Virus record (IMG/VR): IMGVR_UViG_3300049173_000069
Location: 1 to 29,425 of that record
Length of the DNA: 29,425 nucleotides
Source of the DNA: a virus
Taxonomy: Duplodnaviria; Caudoviricetes
Direction: 5' to 3' (one strand)
This document shows, one piece after another, positions 7,375-17,600 of the stretch. A program made the translations under genes and the position numbers. Numbering within the stretch: the stretch's first letter is position 1; each line of letters opens with the position of its first letter. The notes under the pieces were generated by a model. It did no database searches. It was not told the origin of the DNA and was given only the letters and a program-made list of their open reading frames with translations.

Positions 7375-8145
7375 ATGCGGAAGAAGACCCTGCCCCGACT
7401 CGCAGGCTCCGGCTGGGCGCACCCGTACGGCCACGGCCCTTTCTCCCCGTTCCTGTACGCAGACGGAGGGGACGGCGCCGGCTCCGGATCCGGCAGCGGC
7501 GACGAGGGCGGTGACAGCGGCGGATCCGGCGACGAAGGCGACTCCGACGACGGCGACGGCGGCCAGGGCGCGGGCGGTGATTCCGGCAAGGGCGGCAAGG
7601 ACAACGACCTCTCGGCCACGGTCAAGCGGCTGGAGAAGGAACTCGCCGACGCCCGCAAAGATGCCGGGAAGGCCCGTACGGCGGCGAAGCAGCAGGCTGC
7701 CGACGACGCGGTCAAGGCGCTCACGCAGCAGCTCGGGAAGGCGCTCGGCTTCGTCAAGGACGACGCCCCGCCAGACCCGGCGAAGCTCGCCGAGGCCATC
7801 GCGCAGAAGGACACCACCATCTCCGAGAGGGAGTCGGTGATCCGCGCGAAGGACGTCGAGCTGGCTGTGTGGTCCCGCGCCGACAAGCTGTCGGCGAAAG
7901 CCGGCGCGCTGCTCGACTCCCGCTCCTTCGTCAACGCAATCTCCACCCTCGACCCCTCCGACAAGGGCTTCCAGTCCGCCCTCGACCAGGCGATCAAGGA
8001 CGCGGTCAAGGACAACCCTGCGTTCGCGGCCACCGCATCCGCTGGCAAGAGCGGCGGCGATCTGTCCGGCGGGACCGGCGAGGGCGCCGCGAAGAAGCGC
8101 AACGGATCGCTCGCGGGAGCGATCGCGAACCACTACCAGACCTGA
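7375..8145 (+). CDS. Capsid scaffolding protein
   Basis: Directly before the major capsid gene; Gly/Asp-rich N-terminal region, coiled coil, LLDSRSF, AIKDAVKDNPAF, Gly-rich C-terminus; GGAGG RBS. Confidence 0.85.
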   Translation: MRKKTLPRLAGSGWAHPYGHGPFSPFLYADGGDGAGSGSGSGDEGGDSGGSGDEGDSDDGDGGQGAGGDSGKGGKDNDLSATVKRLEKELADARKDAGKARTAAKQQAADDAVKALTQQLGKALGFVKDDAPPDPAKLAEAIAQKDTTISERESVIRAKDVELAVWSRADKLSAKAGALLDSRSFVNAISTLDPSDKGFQSALDQAIKDAVKDNPAFAATASAGKSGGDLSGGTGEGAAKKRNGSLAGAIANHYQT

Positions 8146-8162
8146 CCACCAGGGAGTAACCC

Positions 8163-9227
8163 ATGCCCGTGACGCTCGCTCAGGCGCAGCTCAACACCCA
8201 GGCGGATATCGACTTCTCCGTCATCGACAACCTCCGCCGCAACAGCTGGCTGCTGAACAACTTCGTCTGGGACGACACCGTCACCCCGGGCACGGGCGGC
8301 GGCTCCCTCACCTACGGCTACACCCGTCTCCTCGCCCCGAGCCAGGCGGCGTTCCGCCGGTTCAACGAGGAGTACGTCCCGAACCAGGCCACCCGCGAGC
8401 GGAAGAGCGTCGAGCTCCACCCGCTGGGCGGCGCGTTCACCGTCGACCGGAAGCTCGCGAGGCTCGGCCCGGCCGCCTCGAACGAGATCAGCTTCCAGCT
8501 CGCGCAGAAGCTCACCAGCGTGCGGACCCGCTTCCAGCAGGAACTCATCCTCGGCGACACCGCCGTCGACGACGCAGGATTCGACGGCCTCGACAAGGCT
8601 CTGGTCGGCCAGTCCACCGAGTACCTGCCCCTCAACGAGGGCATCACCTCCGGCTACCTCGACTGGTCCCCGGCGACGGTCACCACCGAGGACATCGCCA
8701 TGGCCGCGTTCGACGCCTTCGACGACTTCCTGTCCCGAATCATGGGCTCCCAGACCGGATCCGGCGACACCGGCGCCGACGGGTCGGTCCCGGCCGGAGT
8801 GAAGGCGATCCTCGGCAACACCAAGAGCATCGCCCGCATCCAGTCCCTCGCGCGGCGGGCCAACCAGTACACGTCCGAGAAGGACGCGTTCGGCAACCAG
8901 ATCATGCGGTACGGGAACTGGGTCCTCGTCGACCTCGGTGACCGTGTGGACGGCTCCGCCCCGATCATCCCCATCCGCTCGGCGGACGTCGACGGCGCCG
9001 GTGCCGGCGGCGTCATCACCGGCCTGACCGACATCTACGCGGTGTCGCTGGGCCTGGACGCCTTCCACGGCGCGGCGATGGCCGGCACCCCGCTGGTCGA
9101 GACGTACTTGCCGGACTTCACCCAGCCCGGCGCCGTCAAGTCCGGCGAGGTCGAGATGGGCCCGGTCGCGGCCGTCCTCCGCAACACCAAGGCCTGCGGC
9201 GTCCTCCGCAACGTGAAGGTTCGGTGA
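8163..9227 (+). CDS. Major capsid protein
   Basis: 354 aa after scaffold; YGYTRL..AFRRFNEEY, LGGAFTVDR, GFDGLDKAL, GEVEMGP; very strong codon bias. Confidence 0.9.
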   Translation: MPVTLAQAQLNTQADIDFSVIDNLRRNSWLLNNFVWDDTVTPGTGGGSLTYGYTRLLAPSQAAFRRFNEEYVPNQATRERKSVELHPLGGAFTVDRKLARLGPAASNEISFQLAQKLTSVRTRFQQELILGDTAVDDAGFDGLDKALVGQSTEYLPLNEGITSGYLDWSPATVTTEDIAMAAFDAFDDFLSRIMGSQTGSGDTGADGSVPAGVKAILGNTKSIARIQSLARRANQYTSEKDAFGNQIMRYGNWVLVDLGDRVDGSAPIIPIRSADVDGAGAGGVITGLTDIYAVSLGLDAFHGAAMAGTPLVETYLPDFTQPGAVKSGEVEMGPVAAVLRNTKACGVLRNVKVR

Positions 9228-9706
9228 TCAGCATGAACCAGTACAAGGTCGAAGCCCCCGTCCGCTCCTACAACGGCGAGTCAGTCGGCGTCCAGTTCAC
9301 CCGTGGCACCGGCTTCGTGAACGACAGCACGAAGGAAGGCCGCGCGGCCATCGAGTACTTCCGCCGGCAGGGTTACGCGCTGCTGCCCCTCGACGAGGAG
9401 GACCGCGAGGAGGTGCCGGTCGAGCAGGGCCCCGTCTCCGCCGAGGACGCGATGACGAACCTGGGTCACGGCTCTGCGCCGTCGGTCGGGCTGGGTATCG
9501 GCATCCCGGACGAGCAACCGCCCGTCACCGTCAGCACCGCCCCGGAGTACGACCCGTCCAAGTACAACCAGGACGACGTCATCGCCTACCTCGACCGCAC
9601 CGACGACGCCGCCGAACGCCAGCGCGTCATCGACGCCGAGGCCGACGGCAAGAAGCGCAAGGCCATCCTCGCCCGCGGCGAGCAGAAGAAGGAGGACACG
9701 AAGTGA
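9224..9706 (+). CDS. Capsid-associated hypothetical protein with small helical C-terminal domain
   Basis: GTGA overlap with the capsid stop; C-terminal DPSKYNQDDVIAYL...AEADGKKRKAIL pattern often seen in phage head modules. Confidence 0.7.
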   Translation: MISMNQYKVEAPVRSYNGESVGVQFTRGTGFVNDSTKEGRAAIEYFRRQGYALLPLDEEDREEVPVEQGPVSAEDAMTNLGHGSAPSVGLGIGIPDEQPPVTVSTAPEYDPSKYNQDDVIAYLDRTDDAAERQRVIDAEADGKKRKAILARGEQKKEDTK

Positions 9707-10269
9707 CGCTCCTCGGCATCTTCCGCGGGAACCCCCGCAATGACCTCGGCTGGCTCAACTCCGCCGGCCGCCCCGACCCGGAAGTCACCTTCCACCGGAC
9801 GAACCTGCCCCGCGTCGGCCTCGACGACGTGGCGACCGCAGCATCGGGCGTGCTGTGCTCGGTCGCGCTGTATCTGGCCGACGGCGACACCGTCACGAAC
9901 CTCACGTTCATCAGCGGCGCCACCGCGGCGGCCACTCCGACGAACTACTTCTTCGCCCTGTACTCGGGCGCGGGGGCGCTGCTCGCGCAGTCGGCTGACC
10001 AGCTGACTGCGGCGTGGGCGGCGGACACGGCGAAGACGCTCGCGCTGTCCGCCCCGGTGAAGGTCACCAAGTCGGGGATCTACTACGCGGCGATCTCCGT
10101 CACGGCGTCAACTGTCCCGACGCTGGTCGGCACCGTCGGCGCGAAGCCTGTCCTGACCGGCGAGGGCAACCTCGCGCAGACGTCCGGGTCCTCGCTGACC
10201 GGCACGGCCCCGGCGACGATCGCGACCCCGGCGTACAAGCGCCAGGTCCCGCTCGTCATCGCGACCTGA
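9703..10269 (+). CDS. Putative head decoration / virion structural protein
   Basis: AGGAGG RBS and GTGA overlap; Ala/Thr-rich, beta-strand-like sequence. Confidence 0.65.
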   Translation: MTLLGIFRGNPRNDLGWLNSAGRPDPEVTFHRTNLPRVGLDDVATAASGVLCSVALYLADGDTVTNLTFISGATAAATPTNYFFALYSGAGALLAQSADQLTAAWAADTAKTLALSAPVKVTKSGIYYAAISVTASTVPTLVGTVGAKPVLTGEGNLAQTSGSSLTGTAPATIATPAYKRQVPLVIAT

Positions 10270-10282
10270 GAGGAACGGAATC

Positions 10283-10795
10283 ATGCCTCTTCAGGGAGCA
10301 ATGCTCGCCGTCAGCGCGTACGCCGAGCTCACGTCTGCGCTCGACCTCGGCACGGGCAGCGCGAAGCAGTCGCTGTCCCGCTCGATGTCTCTCGGCAACG
10401 GCACCGCTGCGGGCAAGGCCGACAAGGTGTTCTCCGACCGGCGCACGCTGGCCGCGTCGGCGACGGAGGACCTCGACCTGGCGGGCGTCTTGCTGGATGC
10501 CTTCGGCGCGGCGATCACCTTCGCCCGCGTCAAAGGCCTCCTCATCGCGGCGGCGGCCGGGAACACCAACAACGTCGTGATCGGGGCCGCCGCGTCGAAC
10601 CCGTGGTCAACGCTGCTGAGTGCCACCGGCACCGTCGTCCTGCGCCCGGGCGCGTTCCTCGCGGTCGGCACGGGCGTTGCGGACGCGACCGGGTACGCGG
10701 TCACGGCCGGCACGGGCGACCTGCTGAAGATCGCCAACTCGGGTGCGGGCACGAGCGTGACGTACGACATCCACATCATCGGCGCGTCCGCGTAG
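10283..10795 (+). CDS. Putative virion structural (decoration) protein
   Basis: GAGG RBS; Ala/Gly/Thr-rich beta protein in the head module; followed by a terminator. Confidence 0.65.
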   Translation: MPLQGAMLAVSAYAELTSALDLGTGSAKQSLSRSMSLGNGTAAGKADKVFSDRRTLAASATEDLDLAGVLLDAFGAAITFARVKGLLIAAAAGNTNNVVIGAAASNPWSTLLSATGTVVLRPGAFLAVGTGVADATGYAVTAGTGDLLKIANSGAGTSVTYDIHIIGASA

Positions 10796-10809
10796 CCAAG
10801 CGCCACGGC

Positions 10810-10835
10810 ACAGGGGGGCCTTCGGGCCTCCCTGT
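10810..10835 (+). terminator. Terminator hairpin with C(UUCG)G tetraloop
   Basis: ACAGGGGGGCC-TTCG-GGCCTCCCTGT, 11 bp with one G-U pair. Confidence 0.8.
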
Positions 10836-10870
10836 CGTGCGTCCGGCCACGTAGAGAGGAGGGCGAGTTC

Positions 10871-11617
10871 ATGGCCGCTACCGGTTACGTCAGCACGACC
10901 GGCGACGCCCGCAAGGTCAATAAAGCGGGCGACTCGATGACGGGCGACCTCGTCCTGCCGGACGACTCTCCGGACACGTCTCACTCCGCCGCGTCGAAGG
11001 CGTACGTCCTCAACGCGGTGGCGGGCGGGGCAACCGGTGTCGCCTCGGACACGGTCGTCTCAGAGACCGCCTTCGGGCAGGCGGCCACCGCAGGCGTGAG
11101 CACCGAGTACGCGCGCGGCGATCACACCCACGGCACCCCCGCCACCCCGGCCGCTGGGGCAACGATCCGGACCGCCGACACCCGCATCACAGCGGGCGAC
11201 GTGGCACTCTCCTCCGCAGCAGCCTGGACGATTGTCACCTCCGGGGCCACGCCTCTCGCCTGCTCGATCACTGCAGCTGTGGGCGACCGGCTCCTCGTCA
11301 GCCCGCAGTTCATGCGGACGGGGAGCGCGGCCTTCCTCGACCTGGCGGTCCTCACGTCGGGCGGCGCAATCGGCCGCTACCTCGGCTCGGGCACCAGTTC
11401 GCCGCTCGCCGAAGGCAACCCCGCCTACTACCCCCAGGCCTCAACGTTCCCAGGAGCGACAGGCCCGGTGCAGATGATCCTGGCGTCCGGCGAAGTCAAC
11501 GCCGGGCAGGTGACCGTGGCCCTCGTCTACAAGGGGTCGGGCCCGGAGACCATCTACGCGAGCGCCACGTACCCGTTCTACCTGCTGCTCACCAATCTCG
11601 GGCCGGTGCCGTCATGA
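10871..11617 (+). CDS. Fibre-like virion protein (possible head or collar fibre)
   Basis: GAGGAGG RBS; VNKAGDSMTGDL and AASKAYV, ARGDHTHG motifs typical of fibre shafts; C-terminal beta domain. Confidence 0.6.
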   Translation: MAATGYVSTTGDARKVNKAGDSMTGDLVLPDDSPDTSHSAASKAYVLNAVAGGATGVASDTVVSETAFGQAATAGVSTEYARGDHTHGTPATPAAGATIRTADTRITAGDVALSSAAAWTIVTSGATPLACSITAAVGDRLLVSPQFMRTGSAAFLDLAVLTSGGAIGRYLGSGTSSPLAEGNPAYYPQASTFPGATGPVQMILASGEVNAGQVTVALVYKGSGPETIYASATYPFYLLLTNLGPVPS

Positions 11618-12321
11618 CCGATGTCATTGCAGGCCAGACCGTCGTACTTCTCTCGCAGTGGTTCGACTTCTCCGGCGGCACCCTCACCGACCTCGACACC
11701 ACCCCCACGATCACCATCACCAACGTGGCCACCAGCGCTATCGCGGTCGCCGCGACCACGACCGGCGTCACCCACCCGGGCGTCGGCACCTACGGCTACC
11801 CATGGGCCACGTCCACGAGCCTCGCCCCCGGCGCATATCTGGCGCAGTGGGCAGGCACCAAATCGGCCACCCTGGTGACCGCATCCGAACTCGTCACCGT
11901 CACCGCAGGACTGACCGGCCGCTCCTACGCCACCACCGCCCAACTCGCCGCCTACCTTCACACCGACGCCCCGGCGAACGCCGCGAAGCTGCTCGAGGAT
12001 GCGACGCGCGCACTGGACGACGCCCTGCGAACCGCCGTGTACGACGTCGACGCCGGCGGCATGCCCACGAACCCGACGGTGCAGGCCGCGTTCGCTGAGG
12101 CGGTGTGCGCGATCGCCGAGTGGTGGGGGGAGACCGGGGATCCGGTCGGCGCTGACGGCGGATGGGACAGCGTGTCGGCCGGGCCGGTCAGCCTGTCGGG
12201 CCGGTCGGGAAGTGCGGCGGCGACGCCGATCGCCGCCGGGTCGCTTCCGCCGCGCGCTCTGGCCGCCCTTCATCGGGTGCCCTCCTCCTTCCTATGGTTC
12301 GGGGTGGGGTCGGCGTGGTGA
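11614..12321 (+). CDS. Head-tail adaptor with extra N-terminal Ig-like domain
   Basis: ATGA overlap; about 100-aa Thr-rich beta region, then YATTAQLAAYL...LLEDATRALD...AVCAIAEWW...SVSAGPVSLS (gp15-like adaptor). Confidence 0.75.
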   Translation: MTDVIAGQTVVLLSQWFDFSGGTLTDLDTTPTITITNVATSAIAVAATTTGVTHPGVGTYGYPWATSTSLAPGAYLAQWAGTKSATLVTASELVTVTAGLTGRSYATTAQLAAYLHTDAPANAAKLLEDATRALDDALRTAVYDVDAGGMPTNPTVQAAFAEAVCAIAEWWGETGDPVGADGGWDSVSAGPVSLSGRSGSAAATPIAAGSLPPRALAALHRVPSSFLWFGVGSAW

Positions 12322-12635
12322 GGCAGGTCCCCGGTTTCCTGCTGCAGCACACGGTGAGTGTCGAGGCGTATCTCGGGTCCGGCAGCAAGGGCGACGTGTA
12401 CGGGCCGCCGGAGACGGTGCGCTGCCTCATCGATGAGAAGACGACGCAGGTTGTCTCGCCGGGCGGGCAGATCGTCACCTCGGGCTCGTCGTACATCACA
12501 CGACCTGATCACCGGCCGCCGCCCAACAGCCGCGTGACGCTGCCGGACGGGCGGAAGACGACGGTCATCACGATCGCCCGCGCCGACGGCGGCACCCTCC
12601 CGGTGCCGTCGAACACGCAGGTCTTTCTCCAGTAA
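12318..12635 (+). CDS. Head closure / stopper protein
   Basis: GTGA overlap; LLQHTVSVEAYLG...YGPP..VRC...SRVTLPDG; synteny. Confidence 0.7.
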   Translation: MRQVPGFLLQHTVSVEAYLGSGSKGDVYGPPETVRCLIDEKTTQVVSPGGQIVTSGSSYITRPDHRPPPNSRVTLPDGRKTTVITIARADGGTLPVPSNTQVFLQ

Positions 12636-12646
12636 GGAGGCCAGCC

Positions 12647-12997
12647 GTGGCGCAGAACTTCCGGCTCCGATTCGACGGGGCGCTCGCCTCCCGGGCCATG
12701 CGGCAGGGCGCCGCGCGCGGCCTGCAACTCGCTGCCGAACACGTCCTGCAGTTGGCCACCGACCGGGTCCCGCTCGACGAGGGCTACCTGCAATCCACCG
12801 GCACGGCCAGCGTGGACGAGCCGTCACTGACCGCCGTGGTCAGCTTCGACGGCCCGTACGCCGTACGCCAGCACGAGGAACTGACCTGGCGGCACGCACC
12901 GGGACGTACGGCGAAGTACCTGGAGAACCCGCTGAACGCGGCCCGCCCGGAAGTCGCGGCGATCATCGCCGCCGAGATCAGGCGGGCGATGCGGTGA
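12647..12997 (+). CDS. Neck / tail completion protein (HK97 gp10-like)
   Basis: AAGGAGG RBS; VPLDEGYLQST, PYAVRQHE, AKYLENP motifs. Confidence 0.8.
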   Translation: MAQNFRLRFDGALASRAMRQGAARGLQLAAEHVLQLATDRVPLDEGYLQSTGTASVDEPSLTAVVSFDGPYAVRQHEELTWRHAPGRTAKYLENPLNAARPEVAAIIAAEIRRAMR

Positions 12998-13428
12998 GCG
13001 GATACACCAGCCAGCTGCTCGACGGAATCGCCGGTCTCCTCCAAGAGGCCGGCATCGGTCTGTTCAGGCCAGACACGGTCATCGAGGATCCGGACACCGG
13101 GATCTTTCGAGGCGTCATGCCGGACACCCCGGAGCGAGCGCTCGGCCTGACCGCGTACCCGGTCGAGGACACCGACCAGCCAAACGCGATCACCGGTGTG
13201 CAGATCCGTATGCGCGCGGGCCGCGACCCGGACGCGATCGACGACCTCGCCGACGCCGTGTTCGACGCCCTGCACAACCGCCAGCAATACAACGCCGGAG
13301 ACGTCCATGTAGCGCTGTCGTGGCGGCAGTCACAGGCGTGGATCGGTCAGGACAGCCAGAAGCGCATGGAGCTGACCGCGAACTACTACTTCCGGACCGA
13401 CAGGGCCGGGACCTACCTGATCGATTGA
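12994..13428 (+). CDS. Tail terminator (minor capsid 3-like)
   Basis: GTGA overlap; MPDTP, VQIRMRA, LADAVFDALH, RMELTANY; precedes the tail tube gene. Confidence 0.75.
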   Translation: MSGYTSQLLDGIAGLLQEAGIGLFRPDTVIEDPDTGIFRGVMPDTPERALGLTAYPVEDTDQPNAITGVQIRMRAGRDPDAIDDLADAVFDALHNRQQYNAGDVHVALSWRQSQAWIGQDSQKRMELTANYYFRTDRAGTYLID

Positions 13429-13441
13429 GAGGAACCCCCAG

Positions 13442-13915
13442 ATGAGCACTCCCACGCCCACGAACGCTCTCGCCCGGCGCTGGAAGCTGGACATCGACCT
13501 GTCGGCCGCGAAGGACGGCAGCGACTGGCAGAGCGTCATCGGGATCACCGAGTTCAACCCGTCCGCCGAGCCCAACATTGAGGACTCCTCGGACTACGAC
13601 TCCGACGGCTGGGCGGGCAACACCAAGACGGGGCAGGCCTGGGAGCTCGGCGTCACCATCAACCGGCGCATCAACGACCAGGTGAAGGTGTACCACCCCA
13701 CCCACGAGGCCTTCAGGACTGCGGCGTACGCGTTCGGCAGCGCCTCCGAGGTCCACGTCCGCTACTACGACCGCAACGGCCTCCCCGAGGCATACGAGGG
13801 CACCGCCCTGGTCACCTGGGCGCCGTCCGGCGGCGAATACACCGCCCTGGACCAGGTCGAGATGACCCTCACCGGCACCGGCCCGCTGCTCCTCATCACG
13901 AACCCGGTGGCCTGA
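13442..13915 (+). CDS. Major tail tube protein
   Basis: LARRWKLDI, DYDSDGW, VRYYDRNG..EAYEG, LTGTG motifs; synteny. Confidence 0.85.
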   Translation: MSTPTPTNALARRWKLDIDLSAAKDGSDWQSVIGITEFNPSAEPNIEDSSDYDSDGWAGNTKTGQAWELGVTINRRINDQVKVYHPTHEAFRTAAYAFGSASEVHVRYYDRNGLPEAYEGTALVTWAPSGGEYTALDQVEMTLTGTGPLLLITNPVA

Positions 13916-14442
13916 TGGCAGGCACGTTCGAGGCCCTCGACGACTTCCTCTCCGACGGCCTCACCCTGCCCGTCACCGGCCGCGACGGCGTCACCCGCGA
14001 ATACCACATCGCGGACCCGTCCGCCGAGGCCGGTATCAAGATCGAACGCATCACGTCCCTGGCCGCACGCCTCGCGGCCGGAGGCACCGCGCCCGAACAG
14101 CCGGTCCTCGACGACGAGGAGGAACTGGACCTCTACCGACTGTGCCTCGGCGACGCCTACGACAGGCTCAAGACAGAGACATCGTGGTCCATGTTCAAAC
14201 ACGTCTCGTTGACGGTGATGTTCTGGGTCACCACTGACGAGTCGACAGCCCTGGCCTACTGGAATACGGGCGAGGCCCCGGGAAAAGCGGGGAGGAACCG
14301 GGCGGAGCGCCGGCAGATCTCGCGCGGCTCCTCGGCGAAGGGCGGGGCGAACGGGACCCCGTCACCGGTCTCTACGAGTGGTACGAGGGCGGCGTCCCGG
14401 CAGCGAAGGGGCGGACGCGGCCGGGGGCCCCGCCCGACCTGA
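13915..14442 (+). CDS. Tail assembly chaperone (short form, gpG-like)
   Basis: Between tail tube and tape measure; contains an in-frame slippery site G GGA AAA. Confidence 0.85.
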   Translation: MAGTFEALDDFLSDGLTLPVTGRDGVTREYHIADPSAEAGIKIERITSLAARLAAGGTAPEQPVLDDEEELDLYRLCLGDAYDRLKTETSWSMFKHVSLTVMFWVTTDESTALAYWNTGEAPGKAGRNRAERRQISRGSSAKGGANGTPSPVSTSGTRAASRQRRGGRGRGPRPT

Positions 14443-14651
14443 GTTGGGCCAAGTTGCTTCAGCAGTGGGTGCTCATCGAGGCCGACCTGCACCAGGTGTA
14501 CGGCATCGACGTCGAAGACGACGGCCTCCTCCGGCGCCGCACGTGGCGGTGGCTTCAGCTCCGCATCCTCGGCCTCCTCTCGACCGAGTCGCGGTTGCAG
14601 CGCCACTTCAACCCTCCCGAGGAACCCCGCACCAACACCCGACGGAGGTGA
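13915..14651 (+). CDS. Tail assembly chaperone, -1 frameshifted long form (gpGT-like)
   Basis: The -1 frame from 14280 is open (GKSGEEPGG...LSWAKLLQQWVLIEADLHQVYGID) and continues into ORF 14454..14651. Confidence 0.8.
14280..14286 (+). promoter_or_regulatory. Programmed -1 ribosomal frameshift slippery heptamer GGGAAAA
   Basis: X XXY YYZ phased correctly (CCG GGA AAA); possible stimulatory stem at 14292-14333. Confidence 0.85.
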
Positions 14652-14654
14652 GCC

Positions 14655-17600
14655 ATGGCGCTGCAGGTCGGCGAACTCAACGGCATCCTGTCCATCGACG
14701 ACCGTGCCGTAGACCCCGCCCTGCGCCGCGCCGAGAACGCTCTGCGTTCCTCCGGGCAGCGCATGGGCGACGACGCTGACCGCGCCGGACGGCAGGTCGG
14801 CGAGGGCCTGGGCGACGGCATCGTCCGTGGCGCCGACGGGAGCCTGCGCGACGCCCGCGGCAGGTTCGTCGCCGCGGGCCGGCGCGCGGGTGACGACGTC
14901 GGCGAGGGCCTCAACGACGGTGCAGGGGAGGGCGCTGACGGCGCTGCCCGGTCGGTGGGCGACCGGATGCGTGGCGGCATGCAGCTGGCCATGGCTGGGG
15001 TCGGTGCGGCTGCGGGCGCCATGCTGATGGACGCCTTCGGGCAGGCCATGGAGCAGGGGCAGATCGTCGGCAAGATGCAGGCGCAGATGGGCGCCACGCC
15101 CGCCGTCGCCCAGAAGTACGGGAAACTCGCGGGCGAGCTCTTCAAGGACGCGATCGTCACCGACTTCCAGCAGGGCGCGGACGCGATCAACGTCATCGCC
15201 AGCGCTGGCCTGTTCAAGCCGGACGCGACGAACGCGCAGATCAAGTCCCTGGCCACGAACGCCGCCGACCTCGCCAACAGCTTCGACGTGGACCTCACGC
15301 TCGCCGCGCAGGCAGCGGGCAGCATGCTCAAGAACGGTCTCGCGAAGAACGGCCAAGAGGCCTTCGACCTGCTCGCCGCAGGGATGACCGGCCTCGGCCC
15401 CGCCAGCGACGACCTGATGGAGACGTTCACCGAGTACGGGCCCGTCTTCAAGGCAGCGGGAATCTCTGGCCAGACCGCGCTCGGTCTGATCCGGCAGGCG
15501 ATCCAGGGCGGTTGGACGAAAGACACCGACAAGATCGGCGATGCTTTCAAGGAATTCCAGCTGCGGGCGACTGAGGGTTCGAAAGGCGTGCAGGCAGCCT
15601 TCAAATCATTGGGGCTGGACGCCAAGAAGACCGGCGATGACATCGCGGCCGGAGGGAAGACCGGCGAAAAAGCGATGGACAACGTCCTCGACCGGATCAA
15701 GAAACTCGGACCCAACAGCCAGGAAGCACGCCAGATCGTCAGCACCCTGTTCGGCGGCCCGGGCGAGGACCTGGGCGCCGCACTGTTCGCCCTGGACATC
15801 GACAAAGCGTCCACCGCGATGGGCAACGCCGCAGGCTCCGCCGACAAACTCGGCAACGGCCTGCGCGACAACGCCGCTACGAAGGTCGCGCAGTTCAAGA
15901 ACTCGCTTCAGCAGAATCTTGTTGAATTCCTCGGAAACGAAGTAATTCCGAGGCTCTCCGGGTTCTTTGACTTCGCGAAAAACAACTCCGGGCTCTTGGG
16001 CGGACTGGCCGCCAGCGTGATCGCCCTCGGAACGGCCTTCACGATCGCCTCGATCGGCGTGTGGGCGATGAACTCCGCGATGCTCGCCAACCCGATCTTC
16101 TGGATCATCGCGGGCATCGCCGCAGGAGTCGCCGGAGTCGTCATCCTGATCGTCACCTACTGGGACGAGATCAAGGCGGCCACGACGACAGCGTGGTCCT
16201 GGGTCACCAGCAAGATTTCCGGCGCCGTGGCTGCCGTCCTCGGCGCGGTTGCCTGGCTCGGCTCCCTGCCCGGGAAGGTCGCCTCCTGGTGGCAGGGCGT
16301 GAAGGACAAGACGGTCCAAATCGCTACCGCCTGGGTGGCCTGGGTCGCGGGCCTGCCGGGCCGCGTCTGGTCGGCGATCTCCGGCCTCCAGAACCGCATG
16401 CAGACCGCCGCAACGAACGCGTTCGTCGCCTTCCGCAACGCGGCCGCCGTCAAGGCCGCCGCCTTCATCGGCTGGGTGAAGGGCCTCCCCGGGCGGATCG
16501 CGTCAGGGATCGGCTCCCTGAACAAGCTCCTCGTCACCAAGGGTGTGCAGGTCGTGCAGGGCCTGTGGTCCGGCATCCAGTCGATGGGCTCGTGGATCTA
16601 CGACAAGCTGATCGGCTGGGCGAAAAGCATGATCCCCGGCCCGATCGCCAAGGCCCTCGGCATCGCCAGCCCCTCCAAGGTCACCCGGGCGCAGGGACGT
16701 TGGATCGCCCGCGGTCTCATCGCCGGTATGACCGGCTCGTCGAAGCAGGTCAGGGCCGCATCGACGAAGCTCGCGGACATCGTCCGAGACAGCCTCAACC
16801 CCGGGAAGAAGCGCTCCAGGGCGCTCGGCGTCATCTCGGCCGGCACGAAGAAGCTCCTCAAGCTGGCCGGCCAGGAAGACAGGCTCGCCGCGCGGATGAA
16901 GACCGCGACGAAGAAGCTCGCCGACCAGATCAAAGCGAGGGACAAGCTCGCCGCGGACGTGAAGAAGGGCGTCCTGGACGGCGCGAACATCACCCAGCAG
17001 GACACGGGCGGCTGGCCGCAGACCGCCGAGACGATCCTCGCCGGGCTGCGGGCCGACACCCAGGCCGCGCAGACGTTCGCGAAGAACCTCGCCACCCTGC
17101 GGAAGAAGGGCGTCCGCGCGGACCTGATCGCGCAGATCGCGCAGGCCGGTGTCGAGCAGGGCTCCTCGGCGGCGGCCGCGCTCGCGAACGCCAGCAAGGG
17201 GCAGATCACGGCCATCAACCAGCAGCAGAAGGCCCTCGTCACGGCCGCAGGCCAAGCGGGTTCGACGGCCGGTAACGCCATGTACGGGGCGGGCATCAAC
17301 GCTGCTCAGGGCCTGATCCGAGGCCTCAAGTCGCAGCAGAAGGCGATCGACAGGCAGATGCTCGCCATCGCCAAGTCCATGTCCAAGTCCATCCGCAAGG
17401 CCTTGGGGATCAAGAGCCCGAGCAAGGTGATGGCGCTGGTGGGCTCGTACACCGGGCAGGGCCTGCGCGAGGGCATCGAGTCCGAACGCCGAGCGGTCAA
17501 CCGGTCGATGGCGTCCCTCGTCGAGACGCCGGCGCCTGGCTCGTGGGACACGGCCAGCGCGCGTGCGCGGGCGGCTGCGTCTCAGAGGATCGTGCTGGAG

